This document shows, piece after piece, positions 51,488-63,296 of a DNA stretch of 64,000 nt; the first letter of the stretch is position 1, and every line of letters begins with the position of its first letter. Source of the stretch: a virus (lineage: Duplodnaviria; Caudoviricetes); IMG/VR virus record IMGVR_UViG_2892966740_000006, positions 22,938-86,937 of that record; one strand, given 5' to 3'. The position numbers and the translations under genes are program-made. Under the pieces are notes generated by a model, which was not told the DNA's origin, did no database searches, and saw only the letters and a list, made by a program, of their open reading frames with translations.

Positions 51488-54338
51488 ATGGCGATTGACC
51501 TTGCAACCCTAGGATTTGGCGTCGAAACGGCAGACTTGGAGCGTGCAGCCAAGATTCTTGATTCGGTGACTGAATCTGCCGGGCGTGCCGGTAAAGCCGC
51601 CAAGGGAATGGCGTCAGATGCCACCAGCGGCATGGATGGATTCACCTCCAGCTCACAGAAAGCCAGTCATGCCGCCCAGCAATACCTGCAAAGCCTGCAA
51701 AAGCAGTACGACATGCTGGGCAAGAACAGGATGGAAACGGCAGCATTGCAAGCTGCTTACATGGGATTCAATTCTGAAGTGCAGAAGCAGGCCGCCGCTA
51801 TCGGCGCTCAGATCGACGCTTGGCACCGAAATGAGGAAGCGGCAAAGGCAGCAGCTAAGGCACAGGATGCAGCATTCCGTGGATCCAAACCGGGCGCTGA
51901 TGAGGCCGCTGGCTTCATGGCAAAGCTTGGGTTAAATACCGCTTAGGCGCAAGCCGGGAAATGATCGTTCTCGCGCATGAGGCTCTGACCGGTAACTTCT
52001 CACGGATTCCGTGGTCATTAATGGTTCTGACAGAGCGCATGGGAAGTCTGCACTCCATCATTGGCGCCCTGCTATCTCCCATTGGATTGGTTTCTGCGGC
52101 TGGCGTTGCTGCCTTTGCCGGGATCACTTACGAGATTATTAAGACCGAAGAGGAGATCAAGAAGCTAAATATCGCCATGTCAGCCACGGGCAACTTTGCA
52201 GGCATGAGCGAAAAGCAGTTTACCGCCGTGTCAGAGTCGATTTCTGGGATGGGCCTTGCATCGACATCAGCTGCCAAGGAAATCGAAACCGGGCTGGTGA
52301 TGTCTGGCAAGTACAGCGCCGACATCATCGGAAAGATGACGCTGGCCATTTCGCAGTACGCGTCCGTAACCGGCGAGGAAACGGACAAAGCATCCAGTCA
52401 GCTGACCCGGATGTTTGAAGACCCGGTGAAGGCCGCTAATGTTCTGGACGATCAGTTCCATATCATGACCTACACCGACAGGCTGTACGTCGAGCAACTG
52501 GTCAAAGTCGGCGATCAGCAGGATGCCGTCCGGTTCACGTTGGATAAGCTGTCCGCGCAATTGCAGGGGCCTGCATCAGAGGCCGTTTCGCACATAACAC
52601 AACTGTGGCGCGAGTTTGGTTCTGCAATTGACGCCGTAGAGAACAAGCGCTTACGTGATGCTGCCATCGATAAGATTCAGGAATCGATGGGACCATCCTC
52701 AACCTTGACGTACAGCGATGCGCGCGCGCGTGCAGAGGCAATCTACGAAGCAGATCAACGTCAATCCGCTTCAGCTGCGCAGCGGGAAGGCGAGCGGCAA
52801 CAGGCCGAACAACAAGCAAAGAACAACGCGCTATTCCTTCACGGCGAGTCTGAGAAGTACAGAACTGCCGAAAAACTGCGCGATGACTACGCCAAGAACA
52901 TCAGGGCGCGTGAAACGGCAGATACTGCCGCTGTCATGAACATGACACTGGCCCAGCTTAAGGCGTATGACGACAAGCTGATTGCCAACTATGACGCAAA
53001 GCACAAGGACAAAAAGGGTCCGAGACAAAAGGTTGACATCGGGCAACGTACTGCCGACAACTACATGGCCGGACTGGTTTCAGAGGCGGCCAGCGCCCAG
53101 CAGGAAATCAACAACATCATCGCCGGGATTGATTTCACCAAGCTGACAAAGGGCGAGAAGCAGATCAATGATCTGCGAGCACAACTTGCCATTAGTGATC
53201 CAAAGATGCGCAACGGACAGCGCAGCAATTCCTCCATTCAGGAGGAAATCGCCTACCGGAAAAAGAGGTCGTCCCGCTACAGAAAAAACTGATGCTGTTG
53301 ACGCAGCAGAAGGAAGTGAACGCCGTTCTTACCTCCGGCTACAACAAACTCAACGCCGAGACGGTAAAGTACATCGACGGCCTGCAGAGCGAAGTAGACC
53401 TGATTGGCGCCACATCCCTACAGCGCAAGGAAGCCGCTGTCATGCTGGATATGGAGGCGAAAGAACGCCAACTGCTGAATGAGGCGGCAAAAAAATCTGG
53501 CCTTTCCGACGAGCAATTTATCGCACGAAACCCCAAAACCGTAGCGGAAATCAGAGCTGTTACCGTTGCCCTGCAAGAGCAGCGTCTGAAAGCCCTTGCC
53601 TCGCATGAAGCAACCATGAATGAGTTTTCCACGGGTTGGGACAATGCGATGGCAGCGTATAAGGACAAGGCTTCCAACAATGCCACGGCGGCCGCAAACA
53701 TCTTCAACGCGATGACAACCAGCATGGAATCGACCCTACTCAACTTCTTCAATACCGGGAAGATGGGTTGGCAGGATTTTGCCAAGGCAGTACTGGTCGA
53801 GATCGAGAAGATACTGATTGCCAAGCAGGCGGCTGGCCTGGTTGGAAGCATCAGCCTTGGCTGGGTTATGCAGTGGGCGTCCAATCTGATCGGCGGCCAG
53901 ACGCAAACGGCGGCACCCATCGAATCTGGCGTTGCCAGCTGGACGGCAACGCAGGCCAATGGCGGCGCGTGGTCACATGGCGTGCAGCTTTACGCAAACG
54001 GCGGGGTATTTGACCGCCCTACCGCCTTTGCTCACGCCGTTAACGGCCTTGGCGTGCTTGGCGAGGCCGGTCCCGAGGCCGTTATGCCGCTGACTCGTGG
54101 AGCCGATGGGAAGTTGGGTGTGAAGGCCAGCGGGCAAGGAGGTGGTGGCGATGTCGTGATCCAGCAGACCTTCTATATCCAGCAGGACGGCACGGTGAAA
54201 CAGACGGGCGATGCCGGGCAGTATCAGCAGGTTACCCAGCAAATGGCCGATGCAATGACCGGTATTGCTAGGCAGTCCATCGTCAAGGCCATGCTGCCTG
54301 GTGGTGAAATTGCCACCGTTTACGGGAATAAACTCTGA
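51488..54338 (+). CDS. Tape measure protein (three fragments)
   Basis: Ala-rich helices; ANGG, GEAGPEAVMPL. Confidence 0.9.
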
Positions 54339-54682
54339 TGGCTTCGACATTCACTTGGACGCCTGACTACAGCGCAAAACTGAGTCGAGCGCCGCGGGTA
54401 CTCAAAGCACAGTTTGGCGATGGGTACGATCAGCGGGTTCCAGATGGCATCAACAATAATCCGCAATCGTGGGCGCTGACATTCAATAACCGCACCAACG
54501 CTGACGCCGACGCCATCGACGCCTTTCTGTCCGCACAGAACGGCGTGACATGGTTCTGGTGGACGCCACCTCGCGTAAACGCCGCCATCAAGGTCGTATG
54601 CGAAAAGTGGGATAAGTCTGAGGCGACGTTCAACGGCACCACCGTCACGGCCACCTTCGACCAAAAATTTGACCCAGGCTAA
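54338..54682 (+). CDS. Minor tail protein M
   Basis: FGDGYDQR..DGINN...FWWTPP. Confidence 0.9.
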   Translation: MASTFTWTPDYSAKLSRAPRVLKAQFGDGYDQRVPDGINNNPQSWALTFNNRTNADADAIDAFLSAQNGVTWFWWTPPRVNAAIKVVCEKWDKSEATFNGTTVTATFDQKFDPG

Positions 54683-54684
54683 TC

Positions 54685-55392
54685 ATGGCAAATCCAATCC
54701 AATCCGATCTGCAATCGCTGCAACCGTCGGCGCTGGTCGAGCTGTTCGTGCTGGACGCGACGATGCTGGGCGGTTCGCTGACCTACTTCCACGCCGGTAC
54801 CAACGGGCTGACCCAACCTGTCGTGTGGCAGGGAAACACCTACCAGCCGTTCCCGATTCAGGCCGAAGGCTTCGAGTTGAACGGCAAGGGGGCGCTGCCA
54901 CAGCCGACGCTGACCGTTTCCAACGTCGGCGGCCTGATCTCGGCGCTGGTGATGCAATACGACGATCTGGTCGGGGCGAAGCTGACGCGCAAGCGCACGT
55001 TTGCCCGGTATCTGGATGGCGCGACCGATGCTAACCCTTCGGCTGGTTTCGATGACGACGTGTGGTGGGTACATCAGAAGGTATCCGAAACCAAACAGGC
55101 AGTGCAATTCAAGCTCGCCAGCGTGTTGGACGTGGCCGGGGTAAATCTGCCCGGACGGCAGGTCATCGCCAACAACTGCCAGTGGCAATACCGCAGCTGG
55201 AACGGTACGGCGTTCGACTACACCAACGCCACCTGCCCTTACACCGGCGGTGCGATGTTCGACACCAACGACGCATCGGTAGGCAACGGCTCACAGGACC
55301 GGTGCAGCAAGCGACTATCCGGCTGCGCAGCAAGGTTTGGTACGGCGGCGGTGCTGCCGTTCGGCGGATTCCCGGCTGCACAACGGTTCTGA
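54685..55392 (+). CDS. Minor tail protein L
   Basis: WQGNTY, CQWQYR, DRCSKRLSGC, FGGFP. Confidence 0.92.
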   Translation: MANPIQSDLQSLQPSALVELFVLDATMLGGSLTYFHAGTNGLTQPVVWQGNTYQPFPIQAEGFELNGKGALPQPTLTVSNVGGLISALVMQYDDLVGAKLTRKRTFARYLDGATDANPSAGFDDDVWWVHQKVSETKQAVQFKLASVLDVAGVNLPGRQVIANNCQWQYRSWNGTAFDYTNATCPYTGGAMFDTNDASVGNGSQDRCSKRLSGCAARFGTAAVLPFGGFPAAQRF

Positions 55393-55448
55393 TTATTCAT
55401 CGAGACAACAAGGCTCGCTTCGGCGGGCCTTTTTTATGGACGCTCGCC

Positions 55449-56165
55449 ATGCTTGATCCCTATTTGATTGCCGAAATGCTGAAACACGCTGAGGCAGCCT
55501 ATCCGAACGAGGCGTGCGGGCTGATCGTGGCGGCTGGCAAGAAACCGCTTCTTGTCGTCTGCCAGAATGTGGACGAGCAGCCGGGCCAGCAGTTCACCAT
55601 CTCGGCTGACGATTACGAGGCCGCCGAGGAGTGCGGCCCGGTGATCGCCGTCTGGCATAGCCACGTCAACGAATCGCCCGAGCCGAGTATGGCCGACCGC
55701 CAACTGATCGAGGCCACTGGCCTGCCGTGGCACATCGTCTCGTGGCCGGGAAAGGGCTATGCCTATGCCGAGCCGTGCGGATTCGTAGCGCCATACGAGG
55801 GCCGACCGTTCGTGCACGGCATCCACGACTGCTATTCGCTGATCCGCGATTACTACCAGCGCGAGTACGGCCTGTACCTGAACGACTATCCCCGCGCGGT
55901 CGAGTGGTGGAACAAGGGCGACGACCTGTACCTGCAAAACTTCGAGCGAGAAGGCTTCAAGCGCCTGATCGACGCGGAGTTCCAGCCGGGTGATGTGCTG
56001 CTGATGCGTATCGGTGACACACAGACCACCAACCACGGCGCGATCTACCTCGGGAATGGCGAGATGCTGCACCACGTCACGAACCGGCTGTCCTGCCGCG
56101 ACGTGCTGAACGGCTACTACCAGCGCGGCATCACCCACCACTTACGGCACGAGACGAAGCTATGA
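55449..56165 (+). CDS. Tail assembly protein K (MPN plus NlpC/P60)
   Basis: EACG, HSH, DCYSL, NHGAIY. Confidence 0.92.
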   Translation: MLDPYLIAEMLKHAEAAYPNEACGLIVAAGKKPLLVVCQNVDEQPGQQFTISADDYEAAEECGPVIAVWHSHVNESPEPSMADRQLIEATGLPWHIVSWPGKGYAYAEPCGFVAPYEGRPFVHGIHDCYSLIRDYYQREYGLYLNDYPRAVEWWNKGDDLYLQNFEREGFKRLIDAEFQPGDVLLMRIGDTQTTNHGAIYLGNGEMLHHVTNRLSCRDVLNGYYQRGITHHLRHETKL

Positions 56166-56796
56166 CGATGACCACCGTGAAACTCGGCGGACGTCTCGGG
56201 CAGGAGTTCGGGCATGTTTGGCATTTGGACATTGACCGCCCATCCGAAGCCGTCCGCGCCATCGAGGCTAATCGACCCGGATTTGCCAAACGCATCGCCG
56301 ATCTGGCCGACATGGGGCTGGTTTTCCGGGTTCGGCTGAACAAACGGCCGGTGGATGAAGAAGAGATAGAGGTGCGGCATGGCGGCCAGACGCTGACCAT
56401 CATGCCGATCGTGCGCGGAGCCTGCGCTGTTGGGCGGATTGTGATCGGTGCGGCGCTTATTGCGGCATCGTTTATTCCGGCGTTGTTGGCACGCCATGGG
56501 GAACGGCGATGATGAATGTCGGTGCATCGCTTGTCATCGGCGGCGTCGTGCAGCTGCTGTCCCCACAGCCAAAGGTTGCTTCATCAAGCAATTCTAGCGG
56601 AACAAGCTCCTACGCCTTCGGAAATACCGAGAACGTTGCCGGGCAAGGCTACGCCATCCCTGTTGGCTATGGCCGGATGCTGGTCGGTTCCATTGCGGTA
56701 GCCGCTGGCATGTATGCGGAAAACATGGGCGCTTATGCTGACTCGAACCCGAGCATCAGCGTGAATAGCAATATAAAGGGGTTGTTGCGTGGATAA
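56162..56796 (+). CDS. Tail assembly protein I (frameshifted)
   Basis: LGGRLG, SYAF, PVGYGRMLVGS. Confidence 0.88.
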
Positions 56797-59700
56797 CCTT
56801 ATCCGAGGGGCAAAGGGTGGTGGTGGCAAGGGTGGCGGTGGCAGTTCACACACCCACTACGAAGCGCCGGACAGCCTTCAGTCCATTGAATACGCCCGCG
56901 TGCTGGATGTTATTGGCGAGGGGCCGATCAAGGGTCTGGTCAATGGCCTGCAATCGGTCTATTTGAATGACACTCCGGTGCAGAATGCTGATGGGACGTT
57001 CAACTTCCAGAATTGCGCGTTCTCCATGCGTACCGGCTTGCCGTCGCAAGACCCGATACCAGGCTTCCCGGCCATTGAGTCGGAAACATCGGTCAGCACG
57101 CAGGTAAAACAAGCCACTCCCGTTGTGCGGCGCATTGCCGACCCGAACGTCAATGCCGCGCGCGTGACCATCGGCATCCCTTCTCTGCTGGTGCAAAACA
57201 CCAAAAATGGGGACGTTAATGGTACGTCTGTTGCCATCTCGATTGACGTCAACACCAATGGCGCTGGCTGGGTTCCGACTGTTATTGGAACGGAAACGAT
57301 AAACATCGGATCCGGAAAGCAGATAAGCTCAACGCGTCAGCTTTTATCCGCCAACCTGACGGCCAATTGGACGGCATACAATTACAACGATCAGGTCTTA
57401 AATACCGCCAGTTATGTCATCGAGTCTAGCGACGATGCTGGTTCTACATGGTCTACGGTAAAAACAGGAACATTTTCTGGTTATTCAGAAACAAATAGCT
57501 ATGGTAATTCCCCGGCGACTGATAGCACATCAGCCTCGATCACCCTTTCAGGCGGAAATAGCTACGCATTTAGGATTCGGCTAATATCCGGCGTTGGTTC
57601 TGCCATCCTATCCGGGTCGGCGGTGGCTAGGTCGGCCACCGACACGATCACCGGAAAAACCCGCAGCCGATACCAGCGCAGCTACCGAATCCCACTATCT
57701 GGCGCCGGTCCGTGGGATATTCGTGTCACCCGCATCACCGCCGATTCGACCGATTCGTCTGTCTCGAACGATACGTGGTGGGATAGCTTCACCGCTATTA
57801 CCGACTACCAGCTGTCCTACCCAAACACAGCCTATGTCGGTATCAACGTCGATGCCAAGCAGTTCTCCAGCATCCCGACGCGTAAGTATTTGGTCGATCT
57901 GATGGTGGTGCAGGTGCCGAGCAGCTACGACCCGGTGGCGCGGACCTATACCGGCACATGGGATGGCACATTCAAGACCGCGTGGACGGACAATCCGGCG
58001 TGGTGCTTTTATGACATGGTGACCAACAGCCGCTATGGCCTTGGCCGCTATATCCCGGCTTCGCTGACCGACAAGTGGGCGCTATATACCATTGGCCAGT
58101 ATTGCGATGAGCTGGTGCCAGACGGATTCGGCGGCATGGAGCCGCGCTTCCGTCTTAACGTCTGGATCAACTCGGCCTCGGCAGCCTATGACGTGCTGCA
58201 AAGCATGGTGTCAGCGTTCCGTGGCATGTTGTATGCCTCGGGTGGCTCGCTATCACCGGTGGCAGATATGCCAGCCACGCCAAAGATGCTGTATACGGCG
58301 GCCAACGTCATCGATGGTCTGTTCACCTATCAGGGCAGCCCGCGCAGCCAGCGCCACAGCATCGTCAACGTGACGTGGCAGAACCCGGATAACAGCTACA
58401 AGGACGAAATCGAATCGGTTGATGATGCCGAGGCTATCGCCCGCTATGGCGTTCGCAAGCTGGACATCAAGGCATTCGGATGCACCAGTCGCGGGCAGGC
58501 GCATCGCATGGGGCTGTGGGCGCTGTACTCGGAAAAGTACGACAACCTGATCACCTTCAAGACTGGCCTCGACAAGACCGCTACCTTGAAGCCGGGCGAC
58601 ATCATCGAGATTGCCGACCCGAACCGGGCTGGCGCTCGCATGGGCGGCCGGGTAGCAGCCGCGACGACCACGCATGTTGATCTGGATGCGCCGGTCACGC
58701 TGACGGCTGGCGTGAGCTACACGCTCAAGGTGCTGACATCGGATGGCAGCTGGAACGAAGTCGGAATCCTGCCAGCATCGGGTAGTGTGACCGGTGTTGA
58801 TCTGGTGGCGCCGCTTCCCTCTGCGCCACTGGTCGGAACAATCTGGCTGATCTCCAGCAATGCGCTGGCGGTACAGCAGGCCCGCATCATCTCGATCAAG
58901 GAGGCCAGCAAAAACACCTTCGAGCTGACGGCCATCGAGTACAACGCCGCGAAGTATGCCGCTATCGAGCAAGGACTGACGCTGGCCACGCCAGTCACCA
59001 GCAACCTTGACGCCTCGCCGCCAGCTGCGCCCGGTGGAGTAACGGCAGTTGAGTCGCTGTACGAGGCGCTTTCCACGGTAAAAAGCCGGGTGTCTCTTTC
59101 GTGGAACGCCACGCCTCGCGCCAGCCAGTATTACGTCGAGTACCGGCGTGACAGCAACAACTGGTCAGGGCAATGGACGAACACCACGCTTCTTGATGTG
59201 GATGACACACAGCCTGGCATCTATCAGTTCCGCGTCTATGCCGCCAACACGCTTGGCAACAAGGGTCCGTACACGCTGCTGACGATGGAGGTGTTCGGTC
59301 TGGCGGCTGCGCCGTCTGATATCGCCGGTCTGGATATTTCCGCGCTAAATGGATTTGCCTTGCTCTCATGGCCACAGTCGCCTGATCTGGATGTGCGCGT
59401 CGGCGGGTCGATCCGCGTCAAGCACAGCCCACTGACGACCGGTGCGACGTGGCCGAACTCGACTGACATCGGACCGGCCATTCCGGGTAGCGCGACACAG
59501 GTACAGCTGCCACTGCTGCAAGGAACATATCTGCTCAAGGCTGTCGATAGCTCCGGTGTCGAGTCGATCAATGCCGTGATGGTGACCACTACGGCCCCAG
59601 CTGTGATGGCGATGAACATAGTGCAAACGCTGGACCAGTCGCAGTGGCTGGGCGCCATGTCGTATGTCGCCACTGTCGATGGGGCGATCAAGCTGGACTC

Positions 59701-60361
59701 GGCAGATGCCATCGACGTGTGGCCGGATGTTGATTCTGTTCCTGATTGGGACAGCGGACTTGGCGTTGCACCATCGGGAATCTACTCATTCGACCAGATC
59801 GTTGACGTGGGGGCAGTGCAAACCTGCCGGATTTCCAGCCTGTTACACACGATGTCCTATGCGACCAACGACCTGATGGACGCATGGACGGATGTTGACT
59901 CACGTAACAGTTGGGACGGCCTTGATGCTGGTAGTACAGCAGCAGAAATACAGATCAGCACAACGAATGTCGATCCGGCTATGAATAAGTGGTCTGGCTG
60001 GTCTCCGTTGCGCATCGCTGATTATTCGGGCCGTGCGTTCCGCTTCCAGCTTGTCATGCAGTCATTCGATCCGGGGCACGCCATTGTGACGGATCAGCTG
60101 TCCGTGACGGTGGATATGCCTGACCGAATCGTCAACCTCAATGATGTGGCCATTCCATCGGGCGGCCTTCAAATCAACTTCTCTCCGCCATTCATGGCTC
60201 CGCCAACGCTCGGCATTTCCGGGCAGGGCTTACAGCCCGGCGAAAACATCAAAATCACCGCCCGCACCAATGCGGGCTTTTTTGTGACCGTACAAAACGC
60301 CAGTGGAGTTGGTGTAGCCCGCTCCATTGACGTTATTGCGAAGGGTTACGGGGGATACTAA
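56789..60361 (+). CDS. Host specificity protein J
   Basis: GEGPIKG, YPNTA, WTDNPAW, GCTSRGQAHR, FN3 repeats. Confidence 0.93.
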   Translation: MDNLIRGAKGGGGKGGGGSSHTHYEAPDSLQSIEYARVLDVIGEGPIKGLVNGLQSVYLNDTPVQNADGTFNFQNCAFSMRTGLPSQDPIPGFPAIESETSVSTQVKQATPVVRRIADPNVNAARVTIGIPSLLVQNTKNGDVNGTSVAISIDVNTNGAGWVPTVIGTETINIGSGKQISSTRQLLSANLTANWTAYNYNDQVLNTASYVIESSDDAGSTWSTVKTGTFSGYSETNSYGNSPATDSTSASITLSGGNSYAFRIRLISGVGSAILSGSAVARSATDTITGKTRSRYQRSYRIPLSGAGPWDIRVTRITADSTDSSVSNDTWWDSFTAITDYQLSYPNTAYVGINVDAKQFSSIPTRKYLVDLMVVQVPSSYDPVARTYTGTWDGTFKTAWTDNPAWCFYDMVTNSRYGLGRYIPASLTDKWALYTIGQYCDELVPDGFGGMEPRFRLNVWINSASAAYDVLQSMVSAFRGMLYASGGSLSPVADMPATPKMLYTAANVIDGLFTYQGSPRSQRHSIVNVTWQNPDNSYKDEIESVDDAEAIARYGVRKLDIKAFGCTSRGQAHRMGLWALYSEKYDNLITFKTGLDKTATLKPGDIIEIADPNRAGARMGGRVAAATTTHVDLDAPVTLTAGVSYTLKVLTSDGSWNEVGILPASGSVTGVDLVAPLPSAPLVGTIWLISSNALAVQQARIISIKEASKNTFELTAIEYNAAKYAAIEQGLTLATPVTSNLDASPPAAPGGVTAVESLYEALSTVKSRVSLSWNATPRASQYYVEYRRDSNNWSGQWTNTTLLDVDDTQPGIYQFRVYAANTLGNKGPYTLLTMEVFGLAAAPSDIAGLDISALNGFALLSWPQSPDLDVRVGGSIRVKHSPLTTGATWPNSTDIGPAIPGSATQVQLPLLQGTYLLKAVDSSGVESINAVMVTTTAPAVMAMNIVQTLDQSQWLGAMSYVATVDGAIKLDSADAIDVWPDVDSVPDWDSGLGVAPSGIYSFDQIVDVGAVQTCRISSLLHTMSYATNDLMDAWTDVDSRNSWDGLDAGSTAAEIQISTTNVDPAMNKWSGWSPLRIADYSGRAFRFQLVMQSFDPGHAIVTDQLSVTVDMPDRIVNLNDVAIPSGGLQINFSPPFMAPPTLGISGQGLQPGENIKITARTNAGFFVTVQNASGVGVARSIDVIAKGYGGY

Positions 60362-61650
60362 ATGTCTCAAAGTAGCATGAACATTGCCGCTGGCAGCGGA
60401 GCAGCTGTCCGATCTGCCATCAACGCCGCGATTCAGGCGCTGGCTTCCAACAATGCTGGCACATCTGCGCCAAATCCGACGTACCCAAATATGTGGTGGC
60501 CAGATCAAACAGCAGGACGGTTGCGCCGCCGTAGCTCTGACAACCTATCGTGGATCGACTTCGGGGCACTGGACATTAGCCTTGGGAATCAACTGCAATC
60601 GCAGTCCGGCACGGCCTTCACCGCTGGAGGCACTGCCCCGTCCTACACGCTGACGCCATCACCAGCCATTACCTCCTATGCGGCCAACCAGCGTTTCAAC
60701 GTCACGTTCCCCTCGGCTGGAACTACGGGAAGCAACACTATCAACATCAATGGATTGGGAAACGTATCGCTGAAGCAGTACGCCTCGGACGGCACGCTAA
60801 TTCCGGTGTCGTAGCGGCTGGAATGAACTCTGATGTGCAGATCGTTGGCGCTGGCAGTTATGCTTTATTGCTGGACCCTTTGCCAAGTGCTGCCATCGGC
60901 GTGCGCGGCGTTCGTAGCAACCTGGTTGTTGGCTATACCGGAACATCTGGCGTTGTAAGCGTCACCGCCACTGAGCTTTCGCTTGAATCTGCGTTCGGCT
61001 CCTACATCACGCTAAAGAACCTGAATCTATCGGCAACTTCTGGCAATGCCTCCGGCGCAGCCAACAGCCTCGACACTGGCAGCTGGGCATACTCGACCTG
61101 GTACTACCTTTTTGTCATCTACAATCCGACAACCAGTACCAGTGCGCTACTGTGGTCACTGTCCGCAACTTCTCCGACACTGCCTAGCGGCTATACCTAT
61201 TTTTCCATGGTTAGCGTAAACAAGACGCAGAGTGCAACGAACTACTGGTTCTTGGGCGGGACGCAGACTGATCGAGTTTTCCAGCCAAAGGTTAACGGTT
61301 CAAGCAACGTACTGGGGTTACCCCTCATCGCAAGCGGGGCCGCAGGCAGCATAAGTACACCGACATGGGTTGCGATTGGACTTGGCAGCGCTGTTCCGCC
61401 GAATACGTGTAGGGTTGCTCTTCTTCCGCTAGTATCAACTTCACCAGCTACGATAATTGCTGCGCCTAATAACAGCTACGGCGTGGCCAATTCAACATCC
61501 AATCCGCCGCCACTGTTCTTCCAAAATGTCACATCGGGTGGTGTGTCATCATACCCGGTATGGATGACACTAGAGTCCACTTCTGTCTATTGGGCTTCGT
61601 CGGCAGCTGGTTGCTATCTTTTTCTTTCTGCATGGGAGTTGAATCTGTAA
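60362..61650 (+). CDS. Tail fibre (frameshift near 60805)
   Basis: AVRSAINAAIQALASNN; Ser/Thr-rich. Confidence 0.75.
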
Positions 61651-61975
61651 TGGGATACGCAATCAATGGAATCAGCATGCGTGCGGTTGATATCACGGAC
61701 GAGCTTCTTCCGGGGAAACCTACGTCGAAGATCTGCCGACTCCGTGGCCGACTGCTGAGGCATCTGAAGCTGAAGCATGGTCGTCTCACCAATCTTCTTC
61801 CCGTTCAGCCCTTGCAGCCAGCGATACCACGCTGATGCGCTGCTATGAGTCAGGTATTGCGTTGCCAGCCGAGTGGGTGGAATACCGCAAAGCTCTTCGC
61901 GCCATCATCTCCGCGCCATCTGGCGACCCATCGCAGCCGTTGCCGACACGTCCAGCCTATCCGGAGGGCACATGA
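61650..61975 (+). CDS. Tail fibre assembly protein (frameshifted)
   Basis: Fragments ...RCYE..W.EYRKALRAI...P..PAYP. Confidence 0.6.
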
Positions 61976-62487
61976 TGATCTGGCCCTTGCTCGCCCCGCT
62001 TGATCTGCTGGTCAACCTTCTGGCGTTCCCGCTGGCTCCGCTGGTAGCCCTGCTCACCTCAGCATCAGGCGTGTCACCCTGCTGGGCATGGCCATGGCTG
62101 ACGCCGGACAACCCCATCGACGGCGACGCAGGCCATATCAGCCGGTGGGCGTCGCTCGTCGGGAAGTGGCCGGAAGTCGGCATTTACTGCCGCCGGGTGG
62201 CGTGGCTCTGGCGTAACCGGGGCTACGGTTTCAGCGTGAGAGTGACGGGTCGGACATGTTCCGGCCCTTCTTCTTTTGTGGGTGACCGCGCCGTATCGGA
62301 CAACCCGTTCCACGCTGGAGCCTGTCGGGTGCGGAATGGTGGCTTGTGGGAGCTGTACGTGGTGCGGCCTATCTTCGGGCGCTTCTACATCCGCCTGCGC
62401 CTCGGCTGGAAAATCCCGCTGACTCGTGACGCCTGCACCGATACCGTCGCACTTTGCACGCACATCTCCATCCAATACAAACAGTGA
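61972..62487 (+). CDS. Conserved phage membrane protein
   Basis: TPDNPIDGD, WLWRN, RLGWK. Confidence 0.7.
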   Translation: MMIWPLLAPLDLLVNLLAFPLAPLVALLTSASGVSPCWAWPWLTPDNPIDGDAGHISRWASLVGKWPEVGIYCRRVAWLWRNRGYGFSVRVTGRTCSGPSSFVGDRAVSDNPFHAGACRVRNGGLWELYVVRPIFGRFYIRLRLGWKIPLTRDACTDTVALCTHISIQYKQ

Positions 62488-62560
62488 CACCGGCCCGGCC
62501 GGTTTTTTTTTACGCCTCACGTTTTTACGTGGGGCTTTTTTACGTCCAAAGGGGGGCGAT

Positions 62561-62836
62561 ATGAACTGGGAGGCTTTGTCGGCGCTGTCGGCAATCTTTG
62601 TTCCGATCGGTGGCGCGATGTGCGTCGTGCTGTGGTGGATCATGCAAAAGATTCGGTCAGACGTTGACATGCTGGAGCAGGCATTGGCGGCCCACCGGCT
62701 GCATGTGGCTGAAAACTACGTGACCAATGGCGCGCTGGCTAAGGCGATTGACGGGGTGAATGACTCGCTCAAGGAGATCTTCCTAAAGCTGGACAAGATC
62801 ATGGACAGCAAGGCCGATAAGGAGTGCAGACGATGA
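62561..62836 (+). CDS. Holin-like TM plus coiled-coil protein
   Basis: TM helix, HVAENYV; precedes endolysin. Confidence 0.6.
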   Translation: MNWEALSALSAIFVPIGGAMCVVLWWIMQKIRSDVDMLEQALAAHRLHVAENYVTNGALAKAIDGVNDSLKEIFLKLDKIMDSKADKECRR

Positions 62837-63285
62837 ATCAAGCCCTACTCATTGCAGAACTTCGCCGTGACGAGGGCGTGCGCTACCGGCCCTATCTCGA
62901 CACGGCTACGCCTCCGCGCCGGACTGTTGGCGTTGGCCACAACATGGACGCCAAGCCGCTGCCATCCGGCTGGGTATTCCCGCTGTCGGACGCTCAGGTC
63001 AACCAGCTGTTGGCCAGCGACCTGCAAGCAGTCTATTCCGGCCTCGATGCCAAGTTGCCATGGTGGCGAACGCTGGATGAGGTGCGCCAGCGCGTCGTGG
63101 CAAATATGGCCTTCAACCTTGGCGTTGGCGGCCTGCTCGGCTTTCCCAACACACTGGCGGTTATGCGTTTAAGCAACTATGCCTCTGCCGCGGCGCACAT
63201 GAAGGCGAGCGCCTGGTACAAGCAGGTCGGACAGCGCGCGGTACGACTGTGTCAGGCCATGGAAACAGGCGTAATGCCGTCTTGA
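62833..63285 (+). CDS. Endolysin (GH24 lysozyme-like)
   Basis: DEG..PYLD..TVGVGH, NMAFNLG, WYKQVGQRA. Confidence 0.9.
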   Translation: MNQALLIAELRRDEGVRYRPYLDTATPPRRTVGVGHNMDAKPLPSGWVFPLSDAQVNQLLASDLQAVYSGLDAKLPWWRTLDEVRQRVVANMAFNLGVGGLLGFPNTLAVMRLSNYASAAAHMKASAWYKQVGQRAVRLCQAMETGVMPS

Positions 63286-63296
63286 TGGGAGTGAAT

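Noticed and set aside
2685-51948. TAA/TAG stop-codon recoding or programmed readthrough in essential genes
   Set aside because: The sites also shift frame and appear on either strand at one palindromic motif; normal genes use TAA as stop.
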